A stretch of 53,583 nucleotides of DNA, taken from the IMG/VR virus record IMGVR_UViG_3300011335_000440, positions 1-53,583 of that record; one strand, written 5' to 3'. Origin of the DNA: a virus. Its lineage: Duplodnaviria > Caudoviricetes. The notes beneath the pieces are model-generated. The model saw nothing but the letters and a program-made list of their open reading frames with translations. It did not search any database and was not told the origin of the DNA. Each line of letters begins with the position of its first letter. Position 1 is the stretch's first letter. The position numbers and the translations under genes were made by a program. This document shows, piece after piece, positions 1 through 9,629 of the stretch.

Positions 1-1
1 A

Positions 2-844
2 ACAACAGAATCCACTGGCCTGACAGCTTTTGGCAGCACAGGTTTTACTGTTGGCGCATTGGCGCAAATGAACACCAGCGCAGCCACCTATGTCGCATGG
101 CAATGGGCAGCCAATGGAGCAGGCGTAACCAACACCAGCGGCACTATCACCAGTACGGTGAGCGCAAACACTACGGCTGGGTTCAGCATTGTTTTGTGGA
201 CAGGTAACGGGCTTACAGCAGCGACTGTTGGGCATGGTTTAAATGTTGTGCCTGCAATGATTATCTGTAAAGAACGAACTGGAACTGACTACTGGCACGT
301 TAAGCATCAAAGCACAGCCAGCAACACCAATTTATTTTTGAATGTGACCAACGCTTCAACTTCAGCGGCAACGGTTGGAGATGGAATATTGGCTGATTTA
401 AGCAGCAGCACTACATTTGGATTTGCAACTGCCGGAAGTCCTGGTAATGTTGTTGCTGTAAACGAAAATGGCATCAATAGTGTTGCCTATTGTTTTGCCG
501 CAGTAGCAGGGTACAGCGCATTTGGCAGCTACACGGGCAATGGTTCTGCGGACGGTACGTTTGTTTACCTTGGATTTCGACCACGGTTTATTATTGTAAA
601 AAATACCTCAGGGGCAGATGCTTGGCAAATGTGGGATACCACAAGAACCCCATACAACGTAGTTAATGGCGTTTTGTACCCAAACTTTAATACTGTGGAG
701 ACATCCAGCGGAACAAGTGATATTGACATCCTATCCAACGGGTTTAAGGTTCGCACAAGCAATTCAAATGTAGGAACAAATGGCGCAACTTACATCTACA
801 TGGCCTTTGCCGAAAACCCATTCAAGTACAGTAACGCTCGTTAA
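2..844 (+). CDS. tail fibre/receptor-binding-type protein, C-terminal part (5' truncated by window)
   Basis: Frame open from base 2; T/S/G-rich beta-strand repeats (GFSIVLWTGNG, FGSYTGNGS, YIYMAFAE) typical of aquatic phage tail-associated proteins. Confidence 0.7.
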   Translation, partial: TTESTGLTAFGSTGFTVGALAQMNTSAATYVAWQWAANGAGVTNTSGTITSTVSANTTAGFSIVLWTGNGLTAATVGHGLNVVPAMIICKERTGTDYWHVKHQSTASNTNLFLNVTNASTSAATVGDGILADLSSSTTFGFATAGSPGNVVAVNENGINSVAYCFAAVAGYSAFGSYTGNGSADGTFVYLGFRPRFIIVKNTSGADAWQMWDTTRTPYNVVNGVLYPNFNTVETSSGTSDIDILSNGFKVRTSNSNVGTNGATYIYMAFAENPFKYSNAR

Positions 845-853
845 GGAGAACAC

Positions 854-1189
854 ATGAGCCATTTTGCAAAAGTAGAGAACGGCATCGTCACTCAGGTGAT
901 TGTTGCCGAGCAGGATTTCATCGACACTGGTGCGCTGGGCCACGGCTGGGTGCAGACCAGCTACAACACCCAAGGCGGGCAACACCCCGAAGGCCGTCCG
1001 CTGCGCAAGAACTACGCTGGTATCGGCTACACCTATGACGAGGGACGCGATGCCTTTATCCCACCCAAGCCCTACGCAAGCTGGACGCTGAACGAAGACA
1101 CTTGCCTGTGGGATGCACCGACTGCCATGCCCACTGAAGGCGGGCCTTTTGCTTGGGATGAGGCTACTACTTCTTGGGTGCAAGCATGA
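854..1189 (+). CDS. small conserved phage protein following tail fibre genes (possible tail assembly factor)
   Basis: AGGAG RBS; MSHFAKV...RKNYAGIGYTYD...DAFIPPKPY..W motif familiar from aquatic phage tail regions. Confidence 0.65.
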   Translation: MSHFAKVENGIVTQVIVAEQDFIDTGALGHGWVQTSYNTQGGQHPEGRPLRKNYAGIGYTYDEGRDAFIPPKPYASWTLNEDTCLWDAPTAMPTEGGPFAWDEATTSWVQA

Positions 1190-1329
1190 ACGACAAGATT
1201 GCCATCTCCACCAACCTGCTAAACGCCGTGTTGGGCTACCTTGGTGACCGCCCCTACAAAGAAGTGTTTCAGTTGATAGAGGCCATCCAAAAAGAGGCCA
1301 AAGAGGCCATCGAACCCAAGGCAGAGTAA
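1186..1329 (+). CDS. hypothetical protein, 47 aa (MNDKIAIS...PYKEVFQLI...)
   Basis: Read manually; ATGA overlap with previous stop; fills the gap exactly. Confidence 0.6.
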   Translation: MNDKIAISTNLLNAVLGYLGDRPYKEVFQLIEAIQKEAKEAIEPKAE

Positions 1330-1331
1330 TC

Positions 1332-1553
1332 GTGGAGAACCAGCAGCTATTCAACATCGTCGTGGTGATTGCCGGGTTTCTGGCCGCCTACGTTGTAAAC
1401 AACATGACCCGGCAGATTCAGAAGCTCGAAGACAAGGTCAACGCAATGCCGACCACCTACGTCATCAAGGGCGACTATCGCGAGGACATCGCGGAAGTGA
1501 AGACCATCTTGAAGCAGATTTTTGACAAGCTGGACAGCAAGGCTGACAAATGA
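1332..1553 (+). CDS. single-TM plus coiled-coil protein (lysis-associated candidate)
   Basis: N-terminal hydrophobic helix then heptad-like charged region; upstream of endolysin. Confidence 0.55.
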   Translation: MENQQLFNIVVVIAGFLAAYVVNNMTRQIQKLEDKVNAMPTTYVIKGDYREDIAEVKTILKQIFDKLDSKADK

Positions 1554-1829
1554 ATGCGCTGGCTCGTACCCGTTCTTGTCCTGTCATTGGTGTACGGGGC
1601 AACAGCAAAGCGCGAGTGCAGCGTATCTGAGTTTGTTGAGATAGGGTACAGCAGCCATGACCCCAAAGAACGCGCAGACAGGGTTTGGGGTTGGCTTGAA
1701 GACACAGGGCCATATTGCACCAAGGAGCAACTGGCCCTTATTTACAACAACTTGGCAACGGTGCTAGGTGTGGCAGACAGCATAAAAATTCGCTCCAAGG
1801 TTGAGCGACTGTACGAAAGGGCAAAATGA
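1554..1829 (+). CDS. secreted/periplasmic small protein
   Basis: Signal-peptide-like N-terminus ending ATA, two Cys; packed between neighbours. Confidence 0.5.
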   Translation: MRWLVPVLVLSLVYGATAKRECSVSEFVEIGYSSHDPKERADRVWGWLEDTGPYCTKEQLALIYNNLATVLGVADSIKIRSKVERLYERAK

Positions 1830-2083
1830 TGGACGCAAAAGACCGGTTAATTTACTGGGTCACGATGATGGTGACCGCCACCCTGTGTTCCGTGGTCGTT
1901 GTGCTCATCGGGGCGCTTGTCCACGGCCTTTTTGTGAAAGAAGTAGACAACACCAAGATTTTTGAAATCATCGGCCCAGCGTTCCAGACCATTGTGGGTG
2001 GACTCATTGGCTGGCTCAGTGGCTTGAAAGTTGGTAGCCACATGGATGAAATCAAAGTAGGAGAAACAAATGGAGTGGCTTAA
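1826..2083 (+). CDS. two-TM membrane protein (holin-like candidate)
   Basis: Two hydrophobic segments; overlaps both neighbours. Confidence 0.5.
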   Translation: MMDAKDRLIYWVTMMVTATLCSVVVVLIGALVHGLFVKEVDNTKIFEIIGPAFQTIVGGLIGWLSGLKVGSHMDEIKVGETNGVA

Positions 2084-2567
2084 AACACTTGCGCCCACCA
2101 TTGCAACATGCTTGGCTGGCCCGTTGGCTGGCATGGGTGTGGCTGCACTTGCCAAAGCCATTGGTGTTGAACCTGAGCAAGTGCAAGACGTTATCAGCAG
2201 CGGCAAGTTGACATCTGAACAAGTCGCAGCAATTCAACTTGCAGAACTGGAATTGAAGAAGCAGGCCCAGTCAATGAACTTGGACTTTGCTAGGTTGGTT
2301 GTAGAAGACAGGAAATCTGCGCGTGAAATGCAGATAGCAACCAAGTCCATGCTCGTACCCTCGCTGGCAATCCTCATTGTCAGTGCGTTTATTGGTGTGG
2401 TGGTAGCAACGCTGGGCGGGTTTGCCGTTGTGGATTCCGTACTGGCTGGCACTTTGATTGGCTACCTGTCCGCAAAGGCCGAACAAGTGGTGAACTTCTA
2501 CTTTGGCTCGTCTGCTGGCAGCAAGGAAAAAACCGAATTGCTTGCCAAAGCGGAGGCATTGAAATGA
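2070..2567 (+). CDS. putative holin (3-TM type)
   Basis: APTIAT.L.GPLAG, DR.SAREMQ and FYFGSSAGS motifs; directly upstream of endolysin. Confidence 0.65.
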   Translation: MEWLKTLAPTIATCLAGPLAGMGVAALAKAIGVEPEQVQDVISSGKLTSEQVAAIQLAELELKKQAQSMNLDFARLVVEDRKSAREMQIATKSMLVPSLAILIVSAFIGVVVATLGGFAVVDSVLAGTLIGYLSAKAEQVVNFYFGSSAGSKEKTELLAKAEALK

Positions 2568-3094
2568 AATCCAACTTCGACGCCTGCTTTGCCAAGGTCA
2601 TCAAGTCAGAAGGTGGGTACGTCAACGACCCGGCAGACCGTGGCGGTGAGACCAACCTTGGAGTGACGATTGGTGCTTGGGGTGCATACCTAAACCGCGC
2701 CATCCAACCCGGTGAGATGAAGCTGCTGACACAAGAAAAGGTCAAGCCTTTCTACCGCTCCATGTATTGGGACAAAGTCAAGGGCGATGACCTCCCCGTA
2801 GGCGTCGATTACGCCGTCTTTGATTTTGCAGTCAATGCCGGTACTGGCAGGGCTGCAAAGTTCCTCCAGCGATCTGTAGGCGCTGTGGATGATGGCGTCA
2901 TTGGCTCTGGAACTTTAGGGCTGGTTGCCAAAGCTGACCCTGCCAAACTGTTGAAAAACTTTGCCGACCAGAAACAACGCTTTTACAACGGACTTGCTAC
3001 CACCAACTCATCTCAGCAAAAGTTTTTAAAGGGTTGGTTAGCTCGAGTAGAACATGTGCAAGACGCCGCAGAATCAATGTTGGCGCAGGCATAA
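2564..3094 (+). CDS. endolysin, glycoside hydrolase family 108 with C-terminal peptidoglycan-binding domain
   Basis: EGGYVNDPADRGGETNLGVT, FDFAVNAG and FLKGWLAR motifs. Confidence 0.9.
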   Translation: MKSNFDACFAKVIKSEGGYVNDPADRGGETNLGVTIGAWGAYLNRAIQPGEMKLLTQEKVKPFYRSMYWDKVKGDDLPVGVDYAVFDFAVNAGTGRAAKFLQRSVGAVDDGVIGSGTLGLVAKADPAKLLKNFADQKQRFYNGLATTNSSQQKFLKGWLARVEHVQDAAESMLAQA

Positions 3095-3147
3095 TCGTTG
3101 ATACAATAGCTACGCGGACTTGCGCATAATTTATCTGAGGCTGCAAC

Positions 3148-3789
3148 ATGACAACGCCGTCTTTTGTCTTAACGTACGATAGCCTCAACAGCAGTGTCTT
3201 GCAATATCTTGAGCGCCAAGACGCTGCTGTTGTTGCGTTCATACCTCAAGCCATTGCGTTGGCTGAGTTTGAGATTGCGGAAACCATTAAGACGTTGGGG
3301 CAAATGGTTGTTGCCAATGGCAATATGACATCCGGCAATCCTGTCATCCAGAAACCTGCAAGATGGCGTAAAACTGTGTCTATGACACTCACCACAACAG
3401 CAAGTGAGAAGCAACCTATTTTGCTACGCAAGCTGGAGTACTTAAGCCAGTACTGGCCCAATGCCGCATCAACTGGCACGCCACTTTATTACGCTGATTA
3501 TGACTACGACAATTGGTTTATTGCCCCTACGCCTTCAAGCAATTTTGCTTTTCAAACGCTTTGCTACACTCGTCTTATGCCGCTGTCGTCCGGCAATCAA
3601 ACAAACTGGCTAACGCAAAACGCGCCTAACGTTATGCTGTTTGGCACTCTAAAGCAGACTGCACCATTTTTGAAAGATGATGCGCGACTTGCAGTTTGGG
3701 GGCAAATGTTTGACGCGGCACTGGCAGCCTTGAAGACTGAAGACACGTTACGTATTGGCGATCGTCAAGCCATAGTTCAGGATTCCTAA
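3148..3789 (+). CDS. virion structural protein (head-tail adaptor/tail tubular type)
   Basis: W.IAPTP, TNWL..NAP..L.G.L..APFLK.D.R motifs; position in tail module. Confidence 0.65.
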   Translation: MTTPSFVLTYDSLNSSVLQYLERQDAAVVAFIPQAIALAEFEIAETIKTLGQMVVANGNMTSGNPVIQKPARWRKTVSMTLTTTASEKQPILLRKLEYLSQYWPNAASTGTPLYYADYDYDNWFIAPTPSSNFAFQTLCYTRLMPLSSGNQTNWLTQNAPNVMLFGTLKQTAPFLKDDARLAVWGQMFDAALAALKTEDTLRIGDRQAIVQDS

Positions 3790-3791
3790 TC

Positions 3792-5030
3792 ATGACAACA
3801 TACACCAACCCATTTACTGGGCAAACGATTCAGCCTGCTGACGTTAGCTATGAGTATCTTAGTCTTACAGCTGACACCACGCTTGATTGGCCCATCAATG
3901 GCAATAACACCACGCCTGCCAGCAGTATTATTGAGGTCACCACTACAACGTATTCTGGCTTATCGCTAATACTGCCGCCTGCAACGCAGGTATCAGTGGG
4001 GCAGTCAATTCTGATTCGCAACGTTGGCTCACTTGCGTTTACTGTCAAGAATAATTCCGGCGGCACAATTGTCTCGGCAGCATCCGGTGTTGCTTATTTT
4101 GTATACCTTACTGACAATAGTACTACTGCAGGCTCTTGGGCAACAGTAACTTTTGGCGCAGGAACTGCAGCTGCCAACGCCGCTGAGCTAGCAGGCTACG
4201 GTTTAACGGCCATTGGGGCGACGCTCAATCAAAGCTACCAGATTGTCAATTACTACACCAACACAACGCTGCCTACTACTGTGCAAGCTACGTTTGTTGT
4301 GTGGGGCGGTGGTGCAGGCACTATTACATTGCCATCTGCGTCCACTGCAGGGGCCAACTGGTTTTGCATGATTCGCAATAACGGCTCAGGAATTCTGACG
4401 CTTACGCCTGTTGGCACTGATACCATTGACGGCAACGCAAACCAGCAACTACAATTGACTGAGTCCCTTGTCCTGGTCTCCAGTGGCTCTGGATGGAATA
4501 CCTTTGGTTACGGTAGGTCAAATTCTTTCGCATACACTCAGTTGTCCCTGGTGGTTACTGGAGGTACTACAACTCTGACATCGGCACAAGGCGCCAATAC
4601 AATTCAAGAATACTCAGGCGTTTTGACCAGCAATCAGATTGTTGTGGTGCCTTCTACGGTGCAGCTTTACACAATCACAAATAACACAACTGGCGCGTTT
4701 AGCTTTACTGTAAAAACGTCTGCAGTTAGCGCCGCAACCATTACAGTTCCGCAAGGGACTTCACTGGTTGTCATTTGCGACGGTACCAATGTTTACAATG
4801 CAGGCTCGGGCGCATCAAGCAGTATTACCACTTTGACATTGGGCAATGGCTCACTTGCGTCGCCGTCACTTAAATTCTCAGGCGACCTAAATTCAGGCAT
4901 GTACTTGGTAGGCTCGAGCCAAGTAGGCTTTGTGATTGCTAATGCGCAAGCAGGCTACTACAATGCTGCGGGTTTGACCATGGCTGGCACCGGCACGTTT
5001 ATTGGCGGTATTACTGGGGGCACGTTCTAA
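3792..5030 (+). CDS. tail/tail-fibre structural protein
   Basis: T/S/G-rich with repeated LP.A...G....IRN units; ends GGITGGTF. Confidence 0.65.
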   Translation: MTTYTNPFTGQTIQPADVSYEYLSLTADTTLDWPINGNNTTPASSIIEVTTTTYSGLSLILPPATQVSVGQSILIRNVGSLAFTVKNNSGGTIVSAASGVAYFVYLTDNSTTAGSWATVTFGAGTAAANAAELAGYGLTAIGATLNQSYQIVNYYTNTTLPTTVQATFVVWGGGAGTITLPSASTAGANWFCMIRNNGSGILTLTPVGTDTIDGNANQQLQLTESLVLVSSGSGWNTFGYGRSNSFAYTQLSLVVTGGTTTLTSAQGANTIQEYSGVLTSNQIVVVPSTVQLYTITNNTTGAFSFTVKTSAVSAATITVPQGTSLVVICDGTNVYNAGSGASSSITTLTLGNGSLASPSLKFSGDLNSGMYLVGSSQVGFVIANAQAGYYNAAGLTMAGTGTFIGGITGGTF

Positions 5031-6787
5031 TGGCAGCTAACGTCATTTCGTTGGCGATTAAGCCGGGCATTCAGCGTGATGGTACGCTGTTTGACGCAAC
5101 AGCAAATGCTGATGGGCTGTGGGTTAGATTTCAACGCGGCCGTGCTCGTAAAATAGGTGGCTACAACGCCATCTTTTTGAATGCTACTGAAATCAGTCGC
5201 GGCATGGTGATGCAGTCACAAGAAGGCTTGAATTATGTGTATTCAGGCTCTGCCAACTACTTGCAGCAATGGCAAACAGCAAACGACGATGGCGTAGGCT
5301 CAGGGCCTATTAACATTAGCTTGTCAAACTTTACAGCTAATGTAAACAACTTATGGCAATTTGACGTTGGCTACAATGATGCTGCAGCTGCTTTGCAAGT
5401 TGTGGCGCACCCAGGTCAAAACTTGCAGTATATTGACAACACCATCAATACGCCTGTGCTGTCAGGCTCATTTCCAGGCGGCGCATTAAGCAAAGTTGGC
5501 GTCTTTACTGCAACAGGCACCATATCAACTGGGACAACCTTCACCATTGCAAGTTTGAACTACATTATTGGCGCAGGCCAAACAGTCACCGGTGGAGGCG
5601 TACCTGCAAACACGACAGTGGTTATATCTGTGGTGGGCGCCAGCAACACTGTTGTAACACTGTCTGCTGCAGGTACTAATGGCGCGCAAACACTTACGTT
5701 TGACAACAACATTTCAGTTTCAGGCGGGGCATGCATGCTCTACCCGTATTTGTTTGTTTACGGCAATAATGGCCTCATTCAAAACTGCAGTGCGGGCGAC
5801 TTTACTAATTGGGTTGGTGCCGATTCCAACGCCAATAATGTTTCAGCAACCAAGATCATCAAGGGCATAGCGCTTAGAGGTGGCACGACGTCCCCTGCAG
5901 GCCTATTCTGGTCCCTCGACCAGCTGACCAGGGTAACCTATGCACCCACCACGGTAGGGACTTCTACGCTGTACTGGCGCTATGACATTATCTCAACGCA
6001 AACATCAATTATGTCGAGCCAGTGCGTCATTGAGTATGACGGCATTATTTATTGGGTTGCTGTTGATCGCTTTTTGATGTACAACGGCGTGGTTCAAGAA
6101 ATAACCAACAACACCAATCTTAATTACTTTTTTGACAACTTAAACTACTCCCAGCGACAAAAAGTTTGGGCTGCAAAGATTCCGCGTTGGGGCGAGATCT
6201 GGTGGTTTTATCCGTCAGGTGATTCTACTGAGTGTACTAACGCTATTATTTACAATGTGCGTGAACAGCTTTGGTATGACGCAGGATTTGCGCCGGGTGC
6301 AGCTCGATCTGCCGGCGTGTTTTCAGAAGTATTCCGCTATCCTATTTGGGGTGGCAATGTTGTAAACACTGACAACGAATACACGCTTTGGCAGCATGAG
6401 ACAGGCACAAATCAAGTATACCTAACCAACGTCAATGCTGTGCAATCTTATTTTGAAACTAACAATATTGGGTGGGTAACTGGTGGGCCTGGGCAAGATC
6501 AAGTGCAAGGGGCCAATAGGTGGATGCGCATTGAACGTATGGAGCCTGACTTTGTACAGTCTGGTGATATGAGTCTAGTGGTTACTGGCAAAGGCTACGC
6601 CGATGACGTTGATATTGCGTCAGACCCGTATGTATTTTCATCTAGCACGCTTAAAGTTGATATGCGTGAGCAACGCCGTGAAATGCGTCTACGATTTGAG
6701 TCAAATACTTTCAACGGGAACTACGAAACAGGTAAAATACTCATAAGCGTCAGCACCGGTGATGAACGTAGTACAGGAAACCCGTAA
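5030..6787 (+). CDS. tail tubular/nozzle (DNA stabilisation-type) protein
   Basis: 585 aa beta-rich, EIWWFYP and YN..E..W motifs; precedes ejection genes as in podoviruses. Confidence 0.65.
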   Translation: MAANVISLAIKPGIQRDGTLFDATANADGLWVRFQRGRARKIGGYNAIFLNATEISRGMVMQSQEGLNYVYSGSANYLQQWQTANDDGVGSGPINISLSNFTANVNNLWQFDVGYNDAAAALQVVAHPGQNLQYIDNTINTPVLSGSFPGGALSKVGVFTATGTISTGTTFTIASLNYIIGAGQTVTGGGVPANTTVVISVVGASNTVVTLSAAGTNGAQTLTFDNNISVSGGACMLYPYLFVYGNNGLIQNCSAGDFTNWVGADSNANNVSATKIIKGIALRGGTTSPAGLFWSLDQLTRVTYAPTTVGTSTLYWRYDIISTQTSIMSSQCVIEYDGIIYWVAVDRFLMYNGVVQEITNNTNLNYFFDNLNYSQRQKVWAAKIPRWGEIWWFYPSGDSTECTNAIIYNVREQLWYDAGFAPGAARSAGVFSEVFRYPIWGGNVVNTDNEYTLWQHETGTNQVYLTNVNAVQSYFETNNIGWVTGGPGQDQVQGANRWMRIERMEPDFVQSGDMSLVVTGKGYADDVDIASDPYVFSSSTLKVDMREQRREMRLRFESNTFNGNYETGKILISVSTGDERSTGNP

Positions 6788-7023
6788 TGACAACGTATGA
6801 CCCACGCGGACTTACATGGGACAGGTGGTGCGCCCTTATGAATGAGCTATTTGCTGCGCAGCAATTAGGCATGGTGCCTGAAGATCACTGGCGCGATTGG
6901 GCCAATGGCGTGCAGGGCATTGGGTATTTTGCAAACTCAGGTGTGCCTGACCAATCTGGCTTTAAAACGTGGCAAGACTGGGCCAAGTCATTAGTTGGCA
7001 TCATGTCAGTAGGGGCACCATAA
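6787..7023 (+). CDS. hypothetical Trp-rich virion-module protein
   Basis: TAATG overlap; W..WA repeats. Confidence 0.6.
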   Translation: MTTYDPRGLTWDRWCALMNELFAAQQLGMVPEDHWRDWANGVQGIGYFANSGVPDQSGFKTWQDWAKSLVGIMSVGAP

Positions 7024-7024
7024 A

Positions 7025-7432
7025 ATGGCAGGCATACAAAAACTATTTGACATCATTGATGCTGACTATGATAAGCATCATACAGGTCGTGACTACACTG
7101 CTGAAGAAGCTAGAAACACGTTTTTGCAATACGTGGCGCAAGGCCGTATCTACTACTACACAGGCAAAACGATCTTTCTTGTGGATGAGCATACTGATAA
7201 GCCTGACACCATGGAGTTTCATTCCATCAACGCAGGTGGGTTGCAAGATTTAGTGCATGGAATTGAGTCTATGCTAGATCAAGCAAAAGTTCGATTTAAT
7301 GATGCTGTGACATACTACGATGACGCATCTTTAAATGGCCTTGGCAAGTTCTTTAAGTACCCAATCACATTTGCAAAAGTGGATGAAGGCGTGGATCGTA
7401 CGTACTCTGCAACATTTCATCTAAGGGGCTAA
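7025..7432 (+). CDS. hypothetical protein
   Basis: Tightly packed ORF in operon. Confidence 0.6.
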   Translation: MAGIQKLFDIIDADYDKHHTGRDYTAEEARNTFLQYVAQGRIYYYTGKTIFLVDEHTDKPDTMEFHSINAGGLQDLVHGIESMLDQAKVRFNDAVTYYDDASLNGLGKFFKYPITFAKVDEGVDRTYSATFHLRG

Positions 7433-7434
7433 CC

Positions 7435-8634
7435 ATGGGATGGGTAAGTCAAGCAACTGATAAAGTCTCTGAGTCAATTGGCACATCAGGTAGTGGCAGT
7501 AGTACACTAGGCATTAACCTTGATGACTTATCTAAGACGCTCACCACTGACAGTAGCAAAAGTGGCATAGGCGCATTAGGCAAAGAGCTGACTAATAATG
7601 AGTTAGTCAACGCGGCAGCTGTTATTGCAGGTAGCTACTTTGGTGGGCCACTTGGTGCTGCAGCAACTAATGGCTTAATTTCTCGTGCGCAAGGTCATGA
7701 CTGGAATCAAGTTGTAAGTAACGCAGCAGCAGCAGGTATGCTTTCGTATGTTGCAGGTGGGCCGCAGTATGACTGGTCGGCAGCTGCTGAGCCCTTGTCA
7801 GGTGCAGAAGCAGGCTTAACAGAAGGCATCTCGTATGGTGGAGGCGGGGCTAATACCGCTGTTGAAGCCATTACGCCACAATATTCAGTCAATCAAGCTG
7901 TTGCGTCAGGTATGAGCCCAGGCTCTATGGGTGCAAGCATGGCAACTGACTACACAACAATGAATGGGGCTGCAGCATTGACTGATGCGCAAATAGCTGC
8001 TGCGCAAGGCGTAGTTACGAAGAGCGCACTGCCTGGGCTTTATGAAATGGCCCAAGTAGGCAACGCCGCAGCGTTAGCCAATCAGCTTGCAGATGCCGGC
8101 AGTGCCGCAAACATCGCAAGAATGCTAGGTGGAAGTGGCGGAAAACCAAATCTTTCTAATCTAGCCATCAACATCTTGGACACTAAAGATAAAGGCGTAA
8201 ACCCAGGCGGTTTGCTAACGCCATCATTGGTGTCTACTGGGCCTGTGCAGCAAGAGTCTTCCATACTAAAAAGCCTACCGCAATTGACTTTTGGGCATGC
8301 CCCTACTGTTGCTGCACTATCAAATAGTGCAGCGCCCCAAGGCTATAAGCGCGGCGGGCTTGCGCATCATCAGCCCGAGTTCATTACCGGAGCAACAGGC
8401 CACTATGTCAAAGGCAAAGGTGATGGCCAGTCTGACGACATCCCTGCAATGCTTGCTGATGGTGAGTATGTGTTTGATGCTGACACGGTTGCTGCGCTTG
8501 GCAATGGCTCTTCTGATGCAGGTGCACAACGGCTTGATGAAATGCGAAAAGCAATTCGTAAGCACAAGCGCTCAGCGCCTGTCGATAAAATACCCCCAAA
8601 GGCCAAGTCGCCTTTAGAATACCTCAAAGGATAA
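7435..8634 (+). CDS. internal virion/ejection protein
   Basis: A/G-rich; C-terminal YKRGG...G.GDGQSDDIPAMLADGEYV motif. Confidence 0.6.
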   Translation: MGWVSQATDKVSESIGTSGSGSSTLGINLDDLSKTLTTDSSKSGIGALGKELTNNELVNAAAVIAGSYFGGPLGAAATNGLISRAQGHDWNQVVSNAAAAGMLSYVAGGPQYDWSAAAEPLSGAEAGLTEGISYGGGGANTAVEAITPQYSVNQAVASGMSPGSMGASMATDYTTMNGAAALTDAQIAAAQGVVTKSALPGLYEMAQVGNAAALANQLADAGSAANIARMLGGSGGKPNLSNLAINILDTKDKGVNPGGLLTPSLVSTGPVQQESSILKSLPQLTFGHAPTVAALSNSAAPQGYKRGGLAHHQPEFITGATGHYVKGKGDGQSDDIPAMLADGEYVFDADTVAALGNGSSDAGAQRLDEMRKAIRKHKRSAPVDKIPPKAKSPLEYLKG

Positions 8635-8637
8635 ATC

Positions 8638-9618
8638 ATGGCAGATCTTGGCGCAGGCACTCCGCTACCGGACATTAAGTCGACAACGACGCAGGCCACA
8701 ACCACGCCTGCCTTCTACACTGATTACCTCAATAGCATTGCCAAGCAAGGGCAAACTGCAGGTGCAGGCGCGCAGTATATTGGCGCGCAGCCTTTACAGC
8801 AACAGGCCTACAATCTTGCAGGGTCAAACGTTGGCGCTACACAGCCTTACGTGCAGCAAGCTGGCAGTGCAGTAACCAACGCCCTAGGTACTAACATCCC
8901 AGGCGCTGCGCAGCAATACATGCAAGCTGCAGCTGCGCCAACGTATCAAACTGCGCAGCAGTATATGAACCCCTACACGCAAAATGTAGTGGAGTCCATT
9001 GGCGCGTTAGGCAACCAAAACATATCACAAAATCTGGCGCCGCAAACAACAGCAGGGATTGTTGGCGCAGGCCAGTTTGGCTCACAACGCGGCGCCAACG
9101 CACTAGCGCAAAACATTGCCAATGCAGGCGTAGGTGTTACAGGATTGCAAGCTGGCGCATTGCAAAGTGGCTACACACAAGCATTGCAGGCCGCGCAAAA
9201 CCAAGCCAATATGTACGGCACTCTTGCGCAGGTTGCAGGCAACCAAGCTGGTGCGCAAGGGCAAATGCAATTGTCAGGCGCACAAGCAGCACAGAATCTT
9301 GGCGCCGGTGCTCAGCAATTTAATTTGAACGACATCAACGCATTGTCCACCATGGGCTCGCAGCAACAGACTAACTTGCAAAATGAGCAGTTATTCCCGT
9401 TGCAAACATTGAGCAGTGAGGCCAACTTGCTGCGTGGCTACAATATGCCTACGTCTGTGTCTAGCACGTATGAAGGCCCAGGACAAGCAGGGCAATACGC
9501 ATCTTCGCCGCTATCTCAAATTGCTGGGCTTGGTAGCATGGTTGGCGGGCTATCGGACAGCAGCTTTGGGTCATGGCTGGGTGGTGCAGTCAAAGGCTGG
9601 CTCAAACCTAACGGATAA
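8638..9618 (+). CDS. internal virion/DNA ejection protein
   Basis: Q/A/G-rich helical; YMNPY and AGQFGSQR motifs. Confidence 0.65.
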   Translation: MADLGAGTPLPDIKSTTTQATTTPAFYTDYLNSIAKQGQTAGAGAQYIGAQPLQQQAYNLAGSNVGATQPYVQQAGSAVTNALGTNIPGAAQQYMQAAAAPTYQTAQQYMNPYTQNVVESIGALGNQNISQNLAPQTTAGIVGAGQFGSQRGANALAQNIANAGVGVTGLQAGALQSGYTQALQAAQNQANMYGTLAQVAGNQAGAQGQMQLSGAQAAQNLGAGAQQFNLNDINALSTMGSQQQTNLQNEQLFPLQTLSSEANLLRGYNMPTSVSSTYEGPGQAGQYASSPLSQIAGLGSMVGGLSDSSFGSWLGGAVKGWLKPNG

Positions 9619-9629
9619 GGCAAACAATC

